From: a virus
Taxonomy: Duplodnaviria; Caudoviricetes
Length of the DNA stretch: 64,000 nt
IMG/VR virus record: IMGVR_UViG_3300021400_003144
Reading direction: 5' to 3' (one strand)
The notes below the pieces were generated by a model that did not search any database, was not told the DNA's origin, and saw only the letters and a program-made list of their open reading frames with translations. A program made the translations under genes and the position numbers. This document shows positions 51,328-61,436 of this stretch, piece by piece. Every line of letters begins with the position of its first letter. The stretch's first letter is position 1.

Positions 51328-51426
51328 CTTAAAATATAGCATTGAACAGGGTTTAATCAGATAAACTACTGAGAAAGATAAAGAAGCATGATGTAAAAAC
51401 AAGTGTTTAAATGGAGGCTAGATAAA

Positions 51427-52086
51427 ATGGATAATAGTGATAGGATTAAGCAGTTAGAGAGAATAGGAGTATCACCTGACAATACAACTAACTACACTGA
51501 TGGTATAGTTAACCCATATAGAAGTGTAGCATTAGCAATGATAGAGCGTGGTGAAGCAGTTCCAAATGACTTAGTAGAGCAGATAAATTACTTTGATGGC
51601 TGTAAGGTAAATACACAGGCTGAAGTTCAGGAGGATAATGTTTCAAGTGAGCTTGTAGAACAGGTAGATAACTTTGATAGTGAAAGTGATATACAGGCTA
51701 AAGTTCATGAGAACAGAGAACTTACCATTGGTTTAAATTTAATGCCAGTACTAATTATGCTTATGCTAATAACTGTACTTGGATGGTCTAGAAATACACT
51801 TAAGGAAAATACTCCGTATAATAGAATAACGGAGTTTGTATCAAGATATAACTTAAGTATACCAGAGGATAAGATTACAGAGACTATTGAAAGTATTGAT
51901 AGTAAGTTTAAAGATAACAAAATAGCTGTTGTAGAATTAATAGATGCCAATGGAAATATTAATACTTATGCACTAGATGGTACATATGTATATAGAGGAG
52001 CTGTACAATCTGAAAAATTCACTGGTATATTTAAAGTAAAAGATGATGGTTCATATGAGACAGTAGAGAGACAGGTAGAAAATTAA
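51427..52086 (+). CDS. Membrane-anchored hypothetical protein
   Basis: GGAGG RBS before ATG 51427; short internal repeat LVEQ.(N/D).FD...(T/I)QA.V. Confidence 0.6.
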   Translation: MDNSDRIKQLERIGVSPDNTTNYTDGIVNPYRSVALAMIERGEAVPNDLVEQINYFDGCKVNTQAEVQEDNVSSELVEQVDNFDSESDIQAKVHENRELTIGLNLMPVLIMLMLITVLGWSRNTLKENTPYNRITEFVSRYNLSIPEDKITETIESIDSKFKDNKIAVVELIDANGNINTYALDGTYVYRGAVQSEKFTGIFKVKDDGSYETVERQVEN

Positions 52087-52134
52087 GAGTCAGCAAGTGC
52101 TAGACAATAAAAGCATGACAATAAAAGGCTGGGC

Positions 52135-53484
52135 TTGAATATGAGTATTATTAATTTTGAAAATAGGACAAGGTGGATACGTGATTATAACATAGCTAAG
52201 ACTTGTACGCCTATCAAAATAGCAAGAGATATGGTAAGTTTAATTGATGAAAAGTATTTCAATCCAGATTCAAAGTTTTTAGACATATATTGTAAGTCTG
52301 GAACAATACTTGAAGCCATAAAAGATAGATTAATGGATTCTAAAAGTATGATTGAAGCTTTTCCAAGTCAAAGAGATAGATATTATCATGTATTAGAACA
52401 TCAGATATATGGATTAGTATGGGAAGATGTAGGCATTAATTGTGAAGAAATGTCTAATATAAATGTATTTGGTACATATGTAAATAGTAACATAAAGATG
52501 TTTAAAATAGCTTCAAAGAATAAAAAAGACGCATATAAGATATTGGATAATATAACATTTTTTAAGGATGAGATACAGAAGATTTTTGGAGAAAAGGATA
52601 TGAAGTTTAACATAGTAGTTGGAAATCCACCATATAACAATGATGCATATCTTGACTTTGTTAAAGCAGGTTATCAACTTTCAACTCAGTATAGTACATT
52701 TATAACTCCTGCTAAATGGCAGGCTAAGGAGGGGTACAAGAATGAGCAGTTCAGAGAGACCATAGTTCCTCATATGAGCAAGATAGTTTATTATCCAGAT
52801 TGCGTTGATGTATTTGGAATATCAGAATTAGGTGGAATTTCTTATTACACAATTGATAAAAATAATATACACGATACTAAAGATATAATAAATAAATGCG
52901 AACTCCAACCTTTACTAAATAGCAGTATGAACAGGGAAATAAATAGTACCCTTTGGAATAGTGCACAAAGCATAATAGAAAAAATAAAAAGCAGTGATGA
53001 TTATAAATTATATGTATTACAGGACATAAAACAAAATAGAAAAACTTGTACAATAAACATAAATAAGCAAATTCCTACAGAGCGTAGTCATATATGGGAT
53101 TGGAATAATTCATGTATAGACCCAAAGTATGTAGGTCATGGTGGTTGCTTACTAAATAAAAATGATGGTAGTACACCATTACTTGGCAGAGCAAAATTTT
53201 TAAGGCATGCTGAAAATGGCTCAGGTACTTCAATAAATATATTTACATCAGATAGTGAACTTGAATGTAGGTCATTTACATCATGGGTTTACAGTAAGTT
53301 TATAAGATTTTTATTAATAATAGCATTATGCAGTAACTCAGTAATGAATGATATTACGTGGCGTTTTGTACCAGACCCTGGTAAATTTGACCACATATTT
53401 ACAGATAAAGAACTTTATGAAAAATACAATCTGACAGAAGATGAAATCAATATCATTGAGTCAATAATTAAGGAGCGTAAGTAA
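52135..53484 (+). CDS. Second N6-adenine DNA methyltransferase (Eco57I-like), paralogue of 48421
   Basis: KFLDIYCKSG, VVGNPPY, ITPAKWQAK, WRFVPDPG.FDHIFTD.ELY, IES.IKERK. Confidence 0.88.
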   Translation: MNMSIINFENRTRWIRDYNIAKTCTPIKIARDMVSLIDEKYFNPDSKFLDIYCKSGTILEAIKDRLMDSKSMIEAFPSQRDRYYHVLEHQIYGLVWEDVGINCEEMSNINVFGTYVNSNIKMFKIASKNKKDAYKILDNITFFKDEIQKIFGEKDMKFNIVVGNPPYNNDAYLDFVKAGYQLSTQYSTFITPAKWQAKEGYKNEQFRETIVPHMSKIVYYPDCVDVFGISELGGISYYTIDKNNIHDTKDIINKCELQPLLNSSMNREINSTLWNSAQSIIEKIKSSDDYKLYVLQDIKQNRKTCTININKQIPTERSHIWDWNNSCIDPKYVGHGGCLLNKNDGSTPLLGRAKFLRHAENGSGTSINIFTSDSELECRSFTSWVYSKFIRFLLIIALCSNSVMNDITWRFVPDPGKFDHIFTDKELYEKYNLTEDEINIIESIIKERK

Positions 53485-54249
53485 ATGATATCACAATCAG
53501 TTATACTTGAAGAAATTGATAATGGGTGCTATGGTTGTTATGCTAAAGGCACTGATGGAAATAAGATTAAGAACAATGAAGGTGTTAAAAACCTATTAAT
53601 GAATGAGATAAAGACTCTAGAAGATTTAGAGTCTTTAAATAATATAAATGAATATGAAGTAGATAAGGCATTCTTAGACAAAATGAAGTATATCAAAGAG
53701 CATAAGAATGAAACTGATAATCTGATATATACAGGTGGGTTGGACTTCTTCAAAGGTTTAAAGAAAGCACTTGAAGATGGAGTTGCTGGTGACTTAGCAG
53801 ATTTGAAAGAGTGGCAGGCACTTAAAGAACAAACAGAGGCTGATATTAATGAAAAACTTAGCAAGGCTGATGCTAATGAAGCTGATGAAGAGATTGAGAA
53901 TCTTAGGAAGGAACTTGCTGATGCTCAGACTGAAATTAAGAAAATTGAAGATAAATTTAATGATGAACGTGACAACTTCATGGAGCACTATGTAGTTCCT
54001 GAGACTCAAGATACTACAGATGAATTACCTGCAAGTGTAGCTGAGGGTTTATGTTCTGATGATATTTACATTAAGAAAACAGCTAAGGCTATTGTTATTT
54101 TAGGGGTAAATAATATGTCTAGAGCATTTAGAGCTGATGATGGATATACTAATGTAAAGAAAAGACAAGATGAGAAAGCTTATAACACAATGTTTAAGTT
54201 AATGACACGAAAGAGATTTTCAGAGAAATATAATATATTCTTTATTTAA
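53485..54249 (+). CDS. Hypothetical coiled-coil protein
   Basis: Starts immediately after the MTase stop. Confidence 0.65.
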   Translation: MISQSVILEEIDNGCYGCYAKGTDGNKIKNNEGVKNLLMNEIKTLEDLESLNNINEYEVDKAFLDKMKYIKEHKNETDNLIYTGGLDFFKGLKKALEDGVAGDLADLKEWQALKEQTEADINEKLSKADANEADEEIENLRKELADAQTEIKKIEDKFNDERDNFMEHYVVPETQDTTDELPASVAEGLCSDDIYIKKTAKAIVILGVNNMSRAFRADDGYTNVKKRQDEKAYNTMFKLMTRKRFSEKYNIFFI

Positions 54250-54267
54250 TAATTAGGATGGGCAAAG

Positions 54268-55494
54268 TTGATTATGGATAACAACATTGATTATGAGAGT
54301 GAACTTGTTGACAAACTTATTGATGCAGTTTTCTTTGATGAGAATAAGACAAATACATCTGATAAGAATGATAAAGTATCTGAAGCAGAACACTCAGATA
54401 ATTCTGATAAAGCAAAAGAAGCTGATAAAGCAAAAGAAGCTGATAAAGCAAAAGAAGCTGATAAAGTAAAAGAGGCTGAGCATTCAGATAAATCAGATGA
54501 AGCAAGCAAGGCTGAAGAAACAAATGCATCTGACAAGGCTAAAGAAGCTGTTATAGCTGATGAAGTAAGACAGTTAACAGATGAGCAAACAGAACAAATA
54601 ATAAATGCTCTTGCAGATAAGATAGCTAATGGAGATAGAGCTGATATTCTAAAGCAGATAGCTAAGAAAGTGAATGAGATAAACCTTGAAAATCAGTGGG
54701 AATATACTCCTAATGAAAGTACAGGTGAGTTTAATACAAAAGATTTATATGAAGATTCTACTATAACAGCTGCTAGAGACATATTAAATAAATCTCATAG
54801 ACTCCTTATATTAGGAAGTACAGGTACTGGAAAGACAGAGTTAGCTTATCTGTTAGCTCATAAGTTTACTGGTGAAGCTGTTGCTAGTGGAGATATTAAG
54901 CTGTCAAAAGTATGTGTTATAAATGCTAGAGATGGTAAGAGCATATGGGTAGATGATGTTAACACTGAGAGATATGTAGGTGAACTAAATAGATTTAATG
55001 AGTATATAAAGAAAAATAATGAAACAGCAAGTGATGAGGCTGAGACTTGTAAATATGTGCTCATATGCAATGAAATACAGGCAAGTGATGCAGGGTATTT
55101 GTTAGGAAGTCTTTGGGAAGATGCAAATAACTCTGAAAAGAAGCTTAATAAACTTGAGGATAACCTTTATATAATCTTTACTGCTTGTACTGACCAGGAT
55201 TTTGGTATAGATGACCAGATTAAACAAAGAATAAACAGTGTTGATGTTGGTTATATAAGTAGTAAGTATCAAGATAAGCATAAAAAGATAGTTGAAGCTT
55301 ATAAAGATAAATGTAGTAACATTGAAGAAATACTTAATAACATTGAATATATAAATGATAAAGAAGAGTATTCAATTATAACTATGAGAAAGTTTATGGG
55401 TTTATTAAATGGTGAGGGTATAGAGTTCAGTGATTATATAAAAGAAACCTATAAAGATGAGGTTAGTAAAATAAAAATTAAGCAAGCAGGGTAG
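54268..55494 (+). CDS. Divergent McrB-like AAA+ NTPase
   Basis: Walker A GSTGTGKT; YVLICNEIQ for DEINR; NLYIIFTAC.DQD for NLYIIGTMN..D. Confidence 0.7.
   Translation: MIMDNNIDYESELVDKLIDAVFFDENKTNTSDKNDKVSEAEHSDNSDKAKEADKAKEADKAKEADKVKEAEHSDKSDEASKAEETNASDKAKEAVIADEVRQLTDEQTEQIINALADKIANGDRADILKQIAKKVNEINLENQWEYTPNESTGEFNTKDLYEDSTITAARDILNKSHRLLILGSTGTGKTELAYLLAHKFTGEAVASGDIKLSKVCVINARDGKSIWVDDVNTERYVGELNRFNEYIKKNNETASDEAETCKYVLICNEIQASDAGYLLGSLWEDANNSEKKLNKLEDNLYIIFTACTDQDFGIDDQIKQRINSVDVGYISSKYQDKHKKIVEAYKDKCSNIEEILNNIEYINDKEEYSIITMRKFMGLLNGEGIEFSDYIKETYKDEVSKIKIKQAG
54404..54475 (+). repeat. 18-bp in-frame tandem repeat, 4 copies
   Basis: CTGATAAAGCAAAAGAAG encoding (DKAKEA)n. Confidence 0.9.
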
Positions 55495-55503
55495 GTAAAG
55501 TTT

Positions 55504-56592
55504 ATGGGTCATGTTATAAGTGATGATACAGTTGTTGAAATGATAAGTTACCTATCTGGATTAAAGAAGAGCGATGTAAAGAGTGGCTCAAATCTTAAAG
55601 AATTGTTGAAAAAGACTATAACTGATTTAGCTAGAAAGTTATATTTGAGAAATGAGCTGTATCTTAAAAAAGCAGACATAAAGTATGATAGTGTAGAACA
55701 TATATTAAATAAGAACGGAATCTTTAGATTTAAGAGTAATGCAATAATATATAAGACTCTTAAAGAGATAGGTGGAACAGTATATTTTGATGATACTAAT
55801 GATAAAAGCAGCTCTTCTGAGGTGAATAAATCAGATGATAGCAGTAGTGAAGCAGACAAATCTAAAGAGTTTAAAGATGCTAATAACAGAAGAGTTATAG
55901 CTACAATAGCTGATAATCTTACTGAATCTGATTGGGATGTAACCTTTAGAGCTGGTTCTAAAGATAGATTGAGTTTATTGAGACTATGCAGGATGTATCA
56001 TAGGCAAGAACTGATATCAGATGTAAAGACAAAAAATCATGCAGAAGCAGTTAAGGTTGCATGGGAAAGAGAATGTGACTTATTCGAGGAAGTTATTAGA
56101 AAGCATACAGTTGATAAATTTAAGGGTAATGATATAAATGTTAGTGATACTAATAAAATAGTAAGTATTAACAGTAAAGAAAAACCATATGCTCTTAGTC
56201 TTGAGACAGATATAATTGTAAAGAGTCCTAATAAACTGATAATTATAGACTGTAAGGTTTATAAGAACATAAAGTCATGGTCACATGGTAAGCCTAAGTA
56301 CAGGTCTAATGGCAATAGATTCCAAGTCAATAGCTATATAGGAAGTGCATTACAGAAAGAAGAATATAAAAGAGACTTAGCTGAAGGCATTTTAGTTCAT
56401 TTAGTACCTACTGATGCTGATGAAGATACAATGAAGATGCATCAGGCTAACTTAACAATAGAAGATGAAAGACCTATAGAGTTATGGGTTATACAGGACA
56501 AAGGTTTAAATAGTATTTTTAAGGAGTATGATGAACTGCTAAGAACAAAGTTAGAAGCAGAGCAGGATGAAGATAAGGCTGAGATAAGCTAA
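55504..56592 (+). CDS. McrC-like PD-(D/E)xK nuclease
   Basis: LFEEVIR, LETDIIV, IIIDCKVY, NRFQVNSY; follows the McrB-like gene. Confidence 0.7.
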   Translation: MGHVISDDTVVEMISYLSGLKKSDVKSGSNLKELLKKTITDLARKLYLRNELYLKKADIKYDSVEHILNKNGIFRFKSNAIIYKTLKEIGGTVYFDDTNDKSSSSEVNKSDDSSSEADKSKEFKDANNRRVIATIADNLTESDWDVTFRAGSKDRLSLLRLCRMYHRQELISDVKTKNHAEAVKVAWERECDLFEEVIRKHTVDKFKGNDINVSDTNKIVSINSKEKPYALSLETDIIVKSPNKLIIIDCKVYKNIKSWSHGKPKYRSNGNRFQVNSYIGSALQKEEYKRDLAEGILVHLVPTDADEDTMKMHQANLTIEDERPIELWVIQDKGLNSIFKEYDELLRTKLEAEQDEDKAEIS

Positions 56593-56610
56593 GTTAGGAC
56601 AGGAGTTAAG

Positions 56611-56838
56611 ATGGTGGGCACTAATGTTATTATAATGATTGCCATATTAGTTATAGTGTTTATACTGCTTGCAATAGCTAATACTATAATATTAAAAATT
56701 CAGACTATTAAATATAAAAAGAAATACACATCAATAAATAGTGAATCTGAAACTGATACAGATGGACTGACATATGACAATATTATATACATTGGTGATT
56801 ATGTAGATAAGTCAAAGAAGTCTAAGAATAGCAAATAG
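56611..56838 (+). CDS. Small membrane protein
   Basis: AGGAG RBS; N-terminal TM. Confidence 0.55.
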   Translation: MVGTNVIIMIAILVIVFILLAIANTIILKIQTIKYKKKYTSINSESETDTDGLTYDNIIYIGDYVDKSKKSKNSK

Positions 56839-56854
56839 GTGGGGAAGTGAGTTT

Positions 56855-58867
56855 ATGGAGGCAACTTTCACAGCAACAGATATAGTATGGATGCTAGTGT
56901 TGACAGAGATACTTACAGCACTTATCATGTCATTTAAAAATAAAGCTATTAAGGGAACGAAAGAAACTAAAGAGTCAAAAGAGACAAAAGAGACTAAAGA
57001 TAAAAATGAAGAGCTTGTTTTAAAGTTGAAAGAAGCATCTGATACTGTTAAGAAGCAGAAGTTAGAGATAAATAGTTTAAAAGCAGGAAATGCAAGACTC
57101 AAGAGTTTAGTAGAGGGACTTGATAACGATAAGGGTAGTCTTAAGAGAGAAAATGAAGAGCTTAAGACAGAGAATAATAGGATTATAAAAGATAATAATA
57201 GGCTTGTAAAAGATAGTGAGATACTTATAAAAGAGAATAAGAGACTTAAGAGTTCAGTAAATAACTTAGATAAAGATTTTAATTCTCTTATACATAGAAA
57301 TACAGTGCTAAAATCAAATAATGATAAGCTTATAAAAGAGAATGATAATATTAAGGATTCATCAGGTAACTCAAGTAGATTAAATAAAGATACAAATAGA
57401 CTTAAGGCTGAAAATGAGAAACTTATAAAAGAGAATGAAAGACTTAAAAGTTCCTTAGCTAGCTTAGATAGATATGCTAATAATCTTAGAAGTTATGATA
57501 TAGGACTGCGAATGAGTAATGAGAAGCTTCAAAAATCATTAGATATCAATGTAGATGAACTTAAGGCTGAGAATACAAAGCTAAAAGCAAAGAATGAAAC
57601 TCTTTTAAAAGAGAATGAGAGTTTTATAAAAGAGAATAAACAGCTTAGAGATGCTAATAATCTTAGAAGCAAGAACATAGGGCTTAAGACTGAGAATGAA
57701 GGACCTAAGAGTTCATTAAATAAATCAGATATTGATATTACTTATCTTATGATTGCAAATGGAGAGCTAAAGGAATGTAATAAAAAACTTGTGAAAGAGA
57801 TAGAAGCTGTAAAGTCTGAATATAAAGACAAATTAAGTGAGGTGATAGCTGAAAGAGATAAGGCAAGTAACTATTTTGATTTATATAAGTTTAATTCAAG
57901 CAATGAGATAGACAATCTTACAAACGAAAATGCAGGGCTAAAGAGTGAAAATGAAAGGCTTCAGAATTTATCAAGTGGCTTAAATAAAGATGATAATTTC
58001 AAGTTTGAAAACATGGAGCTGAGAGCAGAGAATGAGAGGCTTCAAAGTGAGATAGAATCTATACAGGCTGAATGTAGAGAAAAGCTAAGTGCAGTAATAG
58101 GTGCAAGGAATAAGGAAAGTAACTATTCTGATATAGTTAAGTATAACCTAAGTGAAGAGATAGAAGATCTTAAAAATGAAAAAGATAAGCTTATAAGTGA
58201 AATAGAAACTGTAAAGTCTGAATATAAAGACAAATTAAGTAAGGTAATGGCTGAAAGAGATGAGGTAAGGAATTACCTTGATACAGTTAATAATGAGAAG
58301 TTTAAATTAAGTAAAGAAGTAGAAAGACTTAAAGATGGAAGAGATAAGACAAGTTATTACTTTGGTACACTTGATAAAGATAAGGTTAGACTATATAAAA
58401 CGATAGCAAGACTTAATGATGAGAAGGGTAGGCTAAGAACTAATTTAGAAAGTCTTAAAGTTGAAATGGATGGACTTAAAGCTGAAAATAATAAGCTGAC
58501 TAATTACTTTGGCCTAATAAGCTTCAATTCAAGCAGAGAGATAAATAGACTTAAAGCTGAAAAAGATGAGCTTATAAGTGAGTTAAAAGGTCTTAAAGAA
58601 GATGAGGATACTTTAAGATCTAATTTAGAATATACTAAAATTGAAAGAAATAAGGCAAGAGATTATATTAATATACTTAATAGGGAAAATGTTAGCTTAA
58701 GTAGGGAGCTAGAGAGTATTAAAAATGCTAAACAAAATGGAGTAAGGAATTATATTAATATAGTTAATTTTAATTTGAATGCAGAGATAGATAGTCTTAG
58801 AACTGAAAATGATAATCTTAGAGTTGAAAATGATAGTCTAGTAGAGGCAATAGAAAATCTATATTAG
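56855..58867 (+). CDS. Membrane-anchored long coiled-coil protein
   Basis: N-terminal TM, LK.EN..L heptads, internal duplication GTAAAGTCTGAATATAAAGACAAATTAAGT (57809 and 58211). Confidence 0.75.
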   Translation: MEATFTATDIVWMLVLTEILTALIMSFKNKAIKGTKETKESKETKETKDKNEELVLKLKEASDTVKKQKLEINSLKAGNARLKSLVEGLDNDKGSLKRENEELKTENNRIIKDNNRLVKDSEILIKENKRLKSSVNNLDKDFNSLIHRNTVLKSNNDKLIKENDNIKDSSGNSSRLNKDTNRLKAENEKLIKENERLKSSLASLDRYANNLRSYDIGLRMSNEKLQKSLDINVDELKAENTKLKAKNETLLKENESFIKENKQLRDANNLRSKNIGLKTENEGPKSSLNKSDIDITYLMIANGELKECNKKLVKEIEAVKSEYKDKLSEVIAERDKASNYFDLYKFNSSNEIDNLTNENAGLKSENERLQNLSSGLNKDDNFKFENMELRAENERLQSEIESIQAECREKLSAVIGARNKESNYSDIVKYNLSEEIEDLKNEKDKLISEIETVKSEYKDKLSKVMAERDEVRNYLDTVNNEKFKLSKEVERLKDGRDKTSYYFGTLDKDKVRLYKTIARLNDEKGRLRTNLESLKVEMDGLKAENNKLTNYFGLISFNSSREINRLKAEKDELISELKGLKEDEDTLRSNLEYTKIERNKARDYINILNRENVSLSRELESIKNAKQNGVRNYINIVNFNLNAEIDSLRTENDNLRVENDSLVEAIENLY

Positions 58868-58897
58868 GATATATTGAAAAGTGTTTGAGGTATAGAT

Positions 58898-59293
58898 ATG
58901 AGTAGAAAGAATAGAGAAAAAGATAAGAAGCGTGAGCAGAGAATATATGAAGAGTACAAGAGGATAAAGAGAGTGAACAGTAAGCCTTATAGGATACTCA
59001 TTAAACTAGACACACTTTTATTGAACTATTGTGATTGTGTAAGTCGGTGTGGTCATAAAGATCCTTCTGGAACTTTTTTAGTTATAAACTTAATATTACT
59101 TAGTGAATATGCATTTTGTTATACTATAGTTGTGCCACAAGTTTTTGGTGAATATACAGTTCTAATAGGAACTTTAGCATTTATAGTCTTTGTAGGAACA
59201 CTAATAAAGTTATGCAGAATGTTTAAGGAGTGTAATAAGATAGACAATACATTTGTGTCTAAATCAGGTAAGGAGGATACAAAATCAGTATGA
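58898..59293 (+). CDS. Membrane protein
   Basis: GAGG RBS; two TM helices. Confidence 0.6.
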   Translation: MSRKNREKDKKREQRIYEEYKRIKRVNSKPYRILIKLDTLLLNYCDCVSRCGHKDPSGTFLVINLILLSEYAFCYTIVVPQVFGEYTVLIGTLAFIVFVGTLIKLCRMFKECNKIDNTFVSKSGKEDTKSV

Positions 59294-59889
59294 ATTTAAA
59301 AGAAGCTGTATTACAAAGAGATAATGTACATTATGTTAATTTATATATTGATGAGATTCGTGACTATATTAGTTGCAACGTAGCTGATAGTAATGGTAAA
59401 TACATGTATGAAAATCCTGAACTCAGTATAGATGATTTGGAAGGCATAGAGTTTAATGATGTTACAGACTTTGATTTTTCTAAATGTGACTGTGCTTTTA
59501 ATGGATATCTCGTAACATTGAATGAGGAAACCATTAAAAAACATACAGATGAAAATAAAGCATATAAAGAGCTTAACAAGCTATTAATTAAAAAGTATAC
59601 TAAATATGTAGAAATGTATAAACGTAGTGAAAAATTCAGTCTAGAAGATTGGATACTATACCCATCAGCTATTATACCATTTGATGCATTTGTAGCATTT
59701 GAGGTACTTGATGCATTGCAGAATACACAATCAAATCAAAGAATACTTATACTGGGTGGATTAGCAGTTCTATGCATAGCATTTCATATATTTATAGTTG
59801 GATACTATTTAACAGATAGAGATGTACATAAAATATGTAAGGAATACAGGGAAGAATATGAAAATAAATTAAAACAAACTTTAGGATAA
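59290..59889 (+). CDS. Membrane protein
   Basis: AGGAGG RBS; C-terminal TM helices. Confidence 0.6.
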   Translation: MNLKEAVLQRDNVHYVNLYIDEIRDYISCNVADSNGKYMYENPELSIDDLEGIEFNDVTDFDFSKCDCAFNGYLVTLNEETIKKHTDENKAYKELNKLLIKKYTKYVEMYKRSEKFSLEDWILYPSAIIPFDAFVAFEVLDALQNTQSNQRILILGGLAVLCIAFHIFIVGYYLTDRDVHKICKEYREEYENKLKQTLG

Positions 59890-59916
59890 AGCGAGGACAC
59901 TATGACTTTAAGTTGA

Positions 59917-60254
59917 AGTGAACCCTTGCAATAGGGATTGAATCTGTACCATACATTTCATTTACTTGCTCTATAGAGTGAACCCTTGCAATAGGGATTG
60001 AATTTTATAATAATGCTCTATGCATTCATTATAATTTAGTGAACCCTTACAATAGGGATTGAATTTATCACCGTTATCGTCGCTGTCGTAATCCTTGGAG
60101 TGAACCCTTGTAATAGGGATTGAATTGTTAGAAAACAAATTATTGACTGTTAATTATTAAAAGTGAACCCTTGTAAATAGGGATTGGATTTATTTTCTAA
60201 GTTTTTAAATATGCTATTAGGTCTATAAGCGAATCCTTGTGATAGGGATTGAAT
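59917..60254 (+). CRISPR. CRISPR array 6: 6 repeats, 5 spacers (best conserved)
   Basis: AGTGAACCCTTGCAATAGGGATTGAAT twice, then progressively decaying copies. Confidence 0.92.
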
Positions 60255-60313
60255 AGAAAAGAACTTGAGTCTAACAGGGTATTAAAAACAATTAGTGAGG
60301 TACAAATTTAATT

Positions 60314-61081
60314 ATGCATTATAATGAGGTAGATTCAGAGAATACAGACATTCCAGAGTCTGTCAGGCAAGAAAGAAGAATACGAAAAGCAAATGAAGAA
60401 AGACCATTAAGACCTGAGGAAGTATCAGAAGCTTATGAAACTGGTAATTTTAACAAGCTGGCTGATAGATATGAAGAGCTAGGGTATGCTAGTCTTGCAA
60501 AGCAATACAGGAACAAAAATAAAGAAGAAAGCAAAAAGAAAAGTAATAAGCTACTAAAATTCTGTATATTATTCATAATTACATTTATAATTGCACTATT
60601 TTCAATTTATATGTATTCAGAATACAAGGTAAGTATTATAGAAATTGCAATAAGTTCATTGCTTATATCATTTGTATTATATATGTCATTTTTTTCTGAG
60701 CATGTACATATACTAATTATAATCAAGCATTGTCTTGTGTTTATTGGTTCAATACTTATTATTGGTTGCATTTTTATATCTGTTATAGCATGCTTTGTGG
60801 ATATTAAAATACCTGTAAATAAGGTACAACAAGAATCAGTACAAGAGGTTACACAGGAGACAGAAGTAGAGACAGAGGCAGAACTATCAATATGGATAAC
60901 TACTACACGTGTAAAAGTAAGGACTGAACCCAATGTAAATTGTACTGTACTTGGTGTATTAGATGCAGGTGTACAAGTAGATTATAAAGGAGATGCTAAT
61001 GCAGATTGGATAATCATAAATTATAATGGACAAGAGGCTTATGTAGCTAAACAGTACATTGAAGTAGTAAAGGGTGATTAG
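60314..61081 (+). CDS. Membrane protein with C-terminal SH3b domain
   Basis: Three TM helices; VKVRTEPN...VLG.L..G...W..I.YNGQEAYV..QYI. Confidence 0.8.
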   Translation: MHYNEVDSENTDIPESVRQERRIRKANEERPLRPEEVSEAYETGNFNKLADRYEELGYASLAKQYRNKNKEESKKKSNKLLKFCILFIITFIIALFSIYMYSEYKVSIIEIAISSLLISFVLYMSFFSEHVHILIIIKHCLVFIGSILIIGCIFISVIACFVDIKIPVNKVQQESVQEVTQETEVETEAELSIWITTTRVKVRTEPNVNCTVLGVLDAGVQVDYKGDANADWIIINYNGQEAYVAKQYIEVVKGD

Positions 61082-61324
61082 AATAATACATGGGTATAGA
61101 CATATCAAAAGAAAGAAGAGAAAATAAAAGATAATCAAATATTAAAAGCTTATTGGGGTATTTACAGGTATGATTGAAACTGAGAATCATTTAAATGAAG
61201 AACATGACGAGATAATTGGTTTAGATTTATATAAAGTAGAGTTGTTATATGAATAGGAGCATAACAAATATGCAGTTAAAAGGAATAAAGATTCTAAAGG
61301 AAACATAGTTGGATACAAAGATGA

Positions 61325-61411
61325 GAGAACCCTTGCAATAGGGATTGAATTTCTGTAAGATATTTATAAATTTTTTCTAATGTTGAGTGAACCCTTGCAA
61401 TAGGGATTGAT
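61325..61411 (+). CRISPR. CRISPR mini-array 7: 2 repeats, 1 spacer
   Basis: GAACCCTTGCAATAGGGATTGA twice, 62 bp apart. Confidence 0.85.
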
Positions 61412-61436
61412 AAAATAACAAATTTAAGGGGGGCAT

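Noticed and set aside
60271-60290. Possible seventh repeat of array 6 (ACAGGGTATTAAA), and ATTGAAAC at 61173
   Set aside because: No CCCT arm and wrong spacing
61350-61386. Spacer similarity to TLEKIKY in 45081 and TLEKLIKY in 22287
   Set aside because: Only about 15 A-rich bases match
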